Assembly (NCBI RefSeq): GCF_009914755.1
Contig: NC_060926.1
Origin: the human T2T-CHM13v2.0 reference genome, Homo sapiens
DNA length: 64,000 bases
Direction: 5' to 3' (one strand)
The position numbers were made by a program, and so were the translations under genes. Below, one piece after another: positions 56,195 through 64,000 of this stretch. The notes beneath the pieces were generated by a model. The model saw only the letters and a program-made list of their open reading frames with translations, was not told the DNA's origin and searched no databases. Within the stretch, counting starts at the first letter, position 1. The number at the start of each line of letters is the position of its first letter.

Positions 56195-56614
56195 TGGGGC
56201 CCTCCCGCTTCTCTGCAGCGCCCGTCGACAGCGTCCCTGGCTAGCGTCTAGTGTCTCGGGCTAGAAATAGGAACCGTTACCGTCGTACCTCGAGTAGATT
56301 TCAGCCTTTCCTCCTAGATGCTGTTTTCATCATTATCCCCATTCTACAGATAAGAACACAGAGGCACAGAAAGTTTAACTTTTGGAGTTGGCAGGTGGGG
56401 AGGCAGAATTTGAACCTCAACGTTGGACTTGAAAGCCCACACTCGGCCGGGCGCGGTGGCTTAAACCTGTATTGTCGGCACTTTGGGAGGCCGAGGCGGG
56501 CGGATCACCAGGTCAGGAGATCGAGACCAGCCTGGCCAACACGGTGAAACCCCATCTTTACTAAAAATACAAAAAATAGCCGGGCATGGTGGCGCGCGCC
56601 TGTAATCCCAGTTA

Positions 56615-56806
<192 letters not shown>

Positions 56807-57798
56807 TCAGATCTTACGGTCGCAGAGCATAATTGCCCAACCAACCGCCCAAAGAAAAATAACAAGCGGCGGGGGGTTGGGGAGGGAGGAGGGCCGACGT
56901 GGACCACCTCTGGCTTAGCTCAAACCCCCTGAAATCTCGCAAACGCAGCTAGCACTCAGGCTCGAGCTCCTCCCGGTTCCCACTGACACAGAGGGACCCC
57001 CAGACTCCGGAGGTGGGGGGTCCGAGAGTAAAAATAATGGGCAGATGATCGTCGCATCCTCTGGGCTCCTCGTGGAACGTCAGTGCTGGCCAGTGGCTTC
57101 TGTCCGGATGCTCAGTAGCAAACTTTAGGCAAGCTCCCCTGAGGGAGTGGTGGCGGTGCAGGCTCTCTCCTTCCCTTGTTCGTTCGTCAGACCTGCTGCT
57201 GCAGACTCCAGAGACGCTTTGCTCTCTAGTGGACGGTATGACCAGACACCTACAAGGCTGGGTTGGATGCGGGGCTGGGGGGAGGACCTGAGAATCACAG
57301 ACAAAAGGCTTCATGGAGGACCATCACTTGAGTTGAACCTTGAAGGATTTTTTAAAAATATTTCTTATTGTCCCTCTCCCTTATTTCAAAAGAAATACAT
57401 GTTCATAAGATAAAACTTGGGAAAGGGAGATAAACCAAAAGAAGAAAACGAAATCATTTTACTCTCTCTACCTAGAAGCAGCTGCTCAACGTTTTGGCAA
57501 ATATCCTCTCTACTCTCCTATGCATAAAAGCAGCTGGTGTTTGTTGAGTGTTCACTCTGTCAAGCCCTTTTCTAGATTGTTTGATCTGGTCTTTATAACT
57601 CCAGGGAACTTTATTTATTTATTTTTGACTGGTTCTTGTTCTGTCACCCAGACTGAAGTACCATGGCACAATCACTGCTCACTGCAGCCTTGACTTCCTG
57701 AGCCCAAGCGATCCTTCCACCCCAGCCTGAGTGGCTGGTACTGCAGGCATGCACCACCACACTGGGCTAAATTTTTTTTTTCTTTTTTTAAGAGATGA

Positions 57799-57969
<171 letters not shown>

Positions 57970-59658
57970 TGAACTCCTGTGCTCAAGCAATCCACCTCCC
58001 TCAGCCTCCCAAAGTGCTGAGGTTACAGGCATGAGCCACTGCACACAGCCTCTATTTTTGCTATTATAAACAGTGTTGCACTGAACATCCTTGTAGCTAA
58101 ATCTTTGCATATATCAACAAGTTATTTCCTTAAGGATACATTCTGACAAGTTACATTGCTGAACTAATTTTAAGACTTTTATTTTAGCATATTGCCAAAT
58201 TCTACAGGGGTTGGATTTCTGTTAAGGTGAGGTAAAGCATTCCAGGCAAAGCAAATAACATGAGCAAAGGACAGAAGTAGGAAAGTGTAATGCATGTCTG
58301 TGGTCAAGAGCAGTGGTACCCAATAGAACTTTCTGCAGTGATGGAGAGTTGAGGGTGGGGACTTCAGGAAAGGCCTCTCTAGGGTCTCAGTTGAGCTGGG
58401 ACCTAAATGATAAGGAGTCAGACTTGTGAAGAGTTGAGGGAAAAGCCTTCTAGGCAGAAGGAACAGCAAGTGCAAAGGCTGTGAGCATGGCATGTTGGGA
58501 ACAGGCCATTGAGGCTGGAGCATGAAGGGGCAGGAGAAAAACACGCAGTAACTGCAAGATGGGCAGGGCAGGATCACAGAGGGTCGCCTAGGCTCTGGCA
58601 AGTTCTCTTCATCTGTGGGGAACCGAAACAGGCTGACCCAACCCCATGCACCCAGAACATTCCCAGAAAGATCGACAGAGCTCCCTTTAGTCCAGAAACC
58701 CTGCAGCGGTTGGAGGAGGCCAAGGCAGCAGCTTGCAACACACGCAGGTTCATCCTTCACTGAGCTCTTACATCAGGTGCCTGCAATAGGGAGGAGGAGT
58801 TGAGCCACTTCCCTGTCTCCTCTGTGATGTCTATTTCAAAACTGGTTTATTTTAAAATCTTAGTATTTGTTCCCAGAACTACTGTGACTCCGTCCTCTTG
58901 CTCCATAATACTGACGTACATTTCTCAGCCGGCAGCAGTGGCTCATGCCTGTAATTCCAACACTTTGGGAGGCCCACGCGGCAGATCACTTGAGTCTAGA
59001 ATTTTGAGACCAGCCTGGATAACACAGCAAGACCCTGTCTCTACAAAAAATACAAGAAGTCAGCTGGGCATGGTGACACAAGGCTATAGTCTCAGCTACT
59101 CAGGAGGTTGAGGGGGGAGGATTGCTTGAGCCCAGGTGTTCAAGGCTACAGTGAGCTGTGATTGCACCACTGCACTCCAGCTTGGGTGACAAAGACAGAC
59201 TCTGTCTCTAAAAAAAAGTTAAAAAAAAAAAACAGAGATGCATTTCTCAGCATAAAGAAAAAAACATGTTCAGCAATTCTGAAGTGCCAGGCACTGGATC
59301 TAGGGATGCTGTGGCCAGCAAACAGGCCAGGCGCCACTTGCATCGCCCACAGTCAGCCTAGAGAGGAAGTGACAGCCCCCAGTAATCCCATGGGGGGATA
59401 TAAAAGTATAGGGCATGGGAAGGGCTAAGAAGGGAATGTAGACATGCAGTGAGAGTGCCTAATGCAGCCTTGTCCTAGTATGGGGCTCCAGGGAGGAGGA
59501 AGGAAATAAACAGTAATAACAGCCTGGACTCAGTGGCTCACACCTGTAATCCCAGCAATTTGGGGGCCGAGGCCGGATGATTACTTGAGGCCAGGAATAG
59601 GAGACTGGGCTATGTAGTGAGGCCTTGTCTCTACAACAAAACTGATTTATTTATTTAG

Positions 59659-59763
<105 letters not shown>

Positions 59764-60400
59764 TGAGTAGCTGTGACTACAGGCGTGGGCCACCATACCC
59801 AGCTAATTTTTGTATTTTTAGTAGAGAAGGGATTTCACCATGTTGGCCAGGCTGGTCTCGAACTCCTGACCTCAAGTGATCCACCCACCTAGGTCTCCCA
59901 AAGTGCTGAGATTACAGGCATGAGCCACTGCGCCCCACCAAAAAAATTTTTTTAATTAGCCAGCCGTGGCGGCAGTTACCTGTAGTCCCAGCTGCTCAGG
60001 ATGCTGAGGAGATAGGATACCTTGAGTCCTGAAGTCCAAGGGTACAGTAAGTTATGATCTTGTTACTGCACTCCAGCCTGGGCAACAGAGTGAGACTCTG
60101 TCTCTAAAACACAAAATAAAATAAAAATCTTTTTTAAAATAGTAACAATATTAAGAGGAAACCCATAATACATGTGATTCTCACAATATCCCTATGAGGT
60201 GGTTTCTATTGCTATTCACATATTACAGATGAGGAAGAGGTCAAGGCTCATGGCCACACACTGGTTAGTGTCAGAGCCAGAATTTGGACTCAGAGAGTCT
60301 GGCTCCAGAGCCCATGTGCCAATCCACTCTCCTAAACAGATCAAATGTAACTCTCTGGAGACAGATCCCAGAACAGAGAAGAGTCACCTTCCTGCTTTAA

Positions 60401-60784
<384 letters not shown>

Positions 60785-61634
60785 TAGTGCATTGACACCA
60801 CTGGGAGTCTCACTGCTGTGGCTTGCCTGGGTAGAAGAGGAGGGCATTGTGCTAAGGGAGCACATAGCCTGGCCTGGGAGAGATCAAGGATGGCTTCCTG
60901 GAGGAGGTCACACCAGAACTGAATCCTGAAGGACAAGAAGTCATTCACCAGGCCAAGGGTATAGAGGCTGTTTCAGGAGGAAGCAGCATATGCAAAGGCC
61001 TAGAGGTGAGAGGGAGGGAGCACTGAGGGAAGGAGTCTGAGCTACTGCAAGGAACTCAGGAGAAGATAGTGAAGTGTGGGAGCCTAACTAAAGCATTGCC
61101 TGCTGCCCCAGAGACTGAGAAACTCTGGAAGTGGGTTAGGCAAATGCCCAAATGCCTACCTGTGTCTGTGTTGTTGTTTTTTTCCCCTCCCACAAAAGGC
61201 CTTAATGAGAGCAGATAAGCTAAGAGCAATGCTACAGATGGAGTCCTACAAGAAAAGTCTAGGCCGGGCTGGGCTCGGTGGCTCACGCCTGTAATCCCAG
61301 CACTTTGGGAAGCCGAGGCAGGCAGATCACGAGGTCAGGAGATCGAGACCATCCTGGCTAACACGGTGAAACCCTGTCTCTACTAAAAATACAAAAAATT
61401 ACCCGGGCGTTGTGGCGTGTGCCCGTAGTCTCAGCTACTTGGGAGGCTGAGGCAGGAAAATGGCATGAACCCGGGAGGCGGAGGTTTGCAGTGAGCTGAG
61501 ATTGCACCACTGCACTCCAGCCTGGGCGACAGAGCGAGACTCTGTCTCAAAAAAAAAAAAAAAAGAGTCTAGGCCAGGTGCAGTGGCTCACGCCTGTCCC
61601 CCCCACACTTTGGGAGGCCAAGGTGGGTGGATCA

Positions 61635-61841
<207 letters not shown>

Positions 61842-62070
61842 TCAAAAAAAAACCCAAAAAACAAAAAACACCTAAAAGCAAGAAGAGTCTAGCATTTTGA
61901 CATCCAGCTAGACAAAATAAAAAGCCAGGGCTGGAGTGTCCCTGGAAGGTGCAGACCTAGCCTATTGAATCTGTCAGGCTCTTCCTTTAATAATCTGCTA
62001 TTCCAACACCAGCATCATAAAATCCATTCTTGTTCAGTTGGATGGTTTTCCCATTTTGTTTTATGATATG

Positions 62071-62698
<628 letters not shown>

Positions 62699-63594
62699 TC
62701 ACACCGGTAATCCCAGCACTTGGGGAAGCCGAGGCAGGCAGATCACAAGGTCAGGAGTTCAAGACCAACCTGACCAATATGGTGAAACCCCGTCTCTACT
62801 AAAAATACAAAACTTAGCCGGGCGTGGTGGCGCACACCTGTAATCCCAGCTACTCGGAAGGCTGAGGCAGGAGAATTGCTTGAACCCAGGAGGCGAAGGT
62901 TGCAGTTAGCCCGCCTCAGCCTTCCAAAGTGCTGGGATTACAGGTGTGAGCCACTGCACCTGGCCCACAGGTGTTTTTGGGGTTTTTTTTACTGTAATTT
63001 TTAAGTATTTGGTTTTTGTTTGTTTGTTTTTTGAGGGAGGTCTTGCTCTGACACCCAGGCTGGGTGCAGTGATGCAATCACGGCTTACTACAGTTTTCAC
63101 CTCCCAGGTTCAAGCGCCCCTCCCACCACAGCCTCCAGAGTAGCTAGGACTACAGGCGCATGCCACTAAGCCCAGCTAATCTTTGCATTTTTTGTAGAGA
63201 TGGGGGGGTCTCATTCTGCTGCCCAGGCTGGTCTCAAACTCCTGGGCTCAAGCAATCTACCTGCCCTGGCCTCCCAAAGTGCTGGGATTATAGGCGTGAG
63301 CCACTGTACCTGGCCTTATGTACAGGTTTTCCTGTGAACATAAGTTTTAATTTCTCTGGGATAAATGCCCAGGAGTGTATTCTGTGGGATAGATGGACCA
63401 TAGTTTGACTAACCATTCCTCTGTTGAAGGACATCTGGGTTGTTTCCAGTTTTGGTTATTATGAATAAAGATGCTATAAAAATTTGTACACAGATTTTCG
63501 TGTGAACATAAATCTTCATTTCTCTGGGAAATATGCCAAGGAATGCAATTGCTAAGTCGTATTGTAGTTGCATGTTTAGTTTTTAAGAAATTTA

Positions 63595-63913
<319 letters not shown>

Positions 63914-64000
63914 TTAGGTAGGGCATGGTGGCTCACACCTGTAATCCCAGCACTTTGGGAGGCCGAGGCGGACGGATCACCTGAGGTCAGGAGTTCGAGA

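Larger units (their letters stand above)
55770..56290. promoter_or_regulatory. 3' CpG island over the CATIP terminal exon
   Basis: High CpG density and GGGGCGGG box (about 56153-56160), unlike the CpG-poor CATIP 5' end. Confidence 0.8.

Overview
Human genomic DNA (an AluYb8 with its diagnostic 7-nt duplication is present), recognisable as the 2q35 PNKD-CATIP region. Both genes lie on the + strand. PNKD: the alternative first exon of the 361-aa medium isoform (ATG 11015, in a CpG island) is spliced to eight shared exons (27878-33076) encoding a glyoxalase-II-like metallo-beta-lactamase fold; the mirtron MIR6810 abuts one acceptor and the poly(A) signal comes from an L2 tail. CATIP: all 10 coding exons (44998-56087, 387 aa). 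The rest is very Alu-rich, with L1, L2, MLT, MER20, MER4, Tigger3, an SVA, an ERV1 env remnant, LTR10 and LTR13 solo LTRs, an RPL19 processed pseudogene and U2, U13 and BC200 retrocopies. Almost all ORF-track entries are Alu or GC-rich artefacts. I found no new protein-coding system. The best leads are a non-Alu inverted repeat bracketing CATIP intron 4, RFX X-boxes at both promoters, an LTR13 whose two flanks are both truncated with no TSD, and a BC200 retrocopy. Repeat subfamily names are recalled from consensus sequences and were not confirmed by a search.
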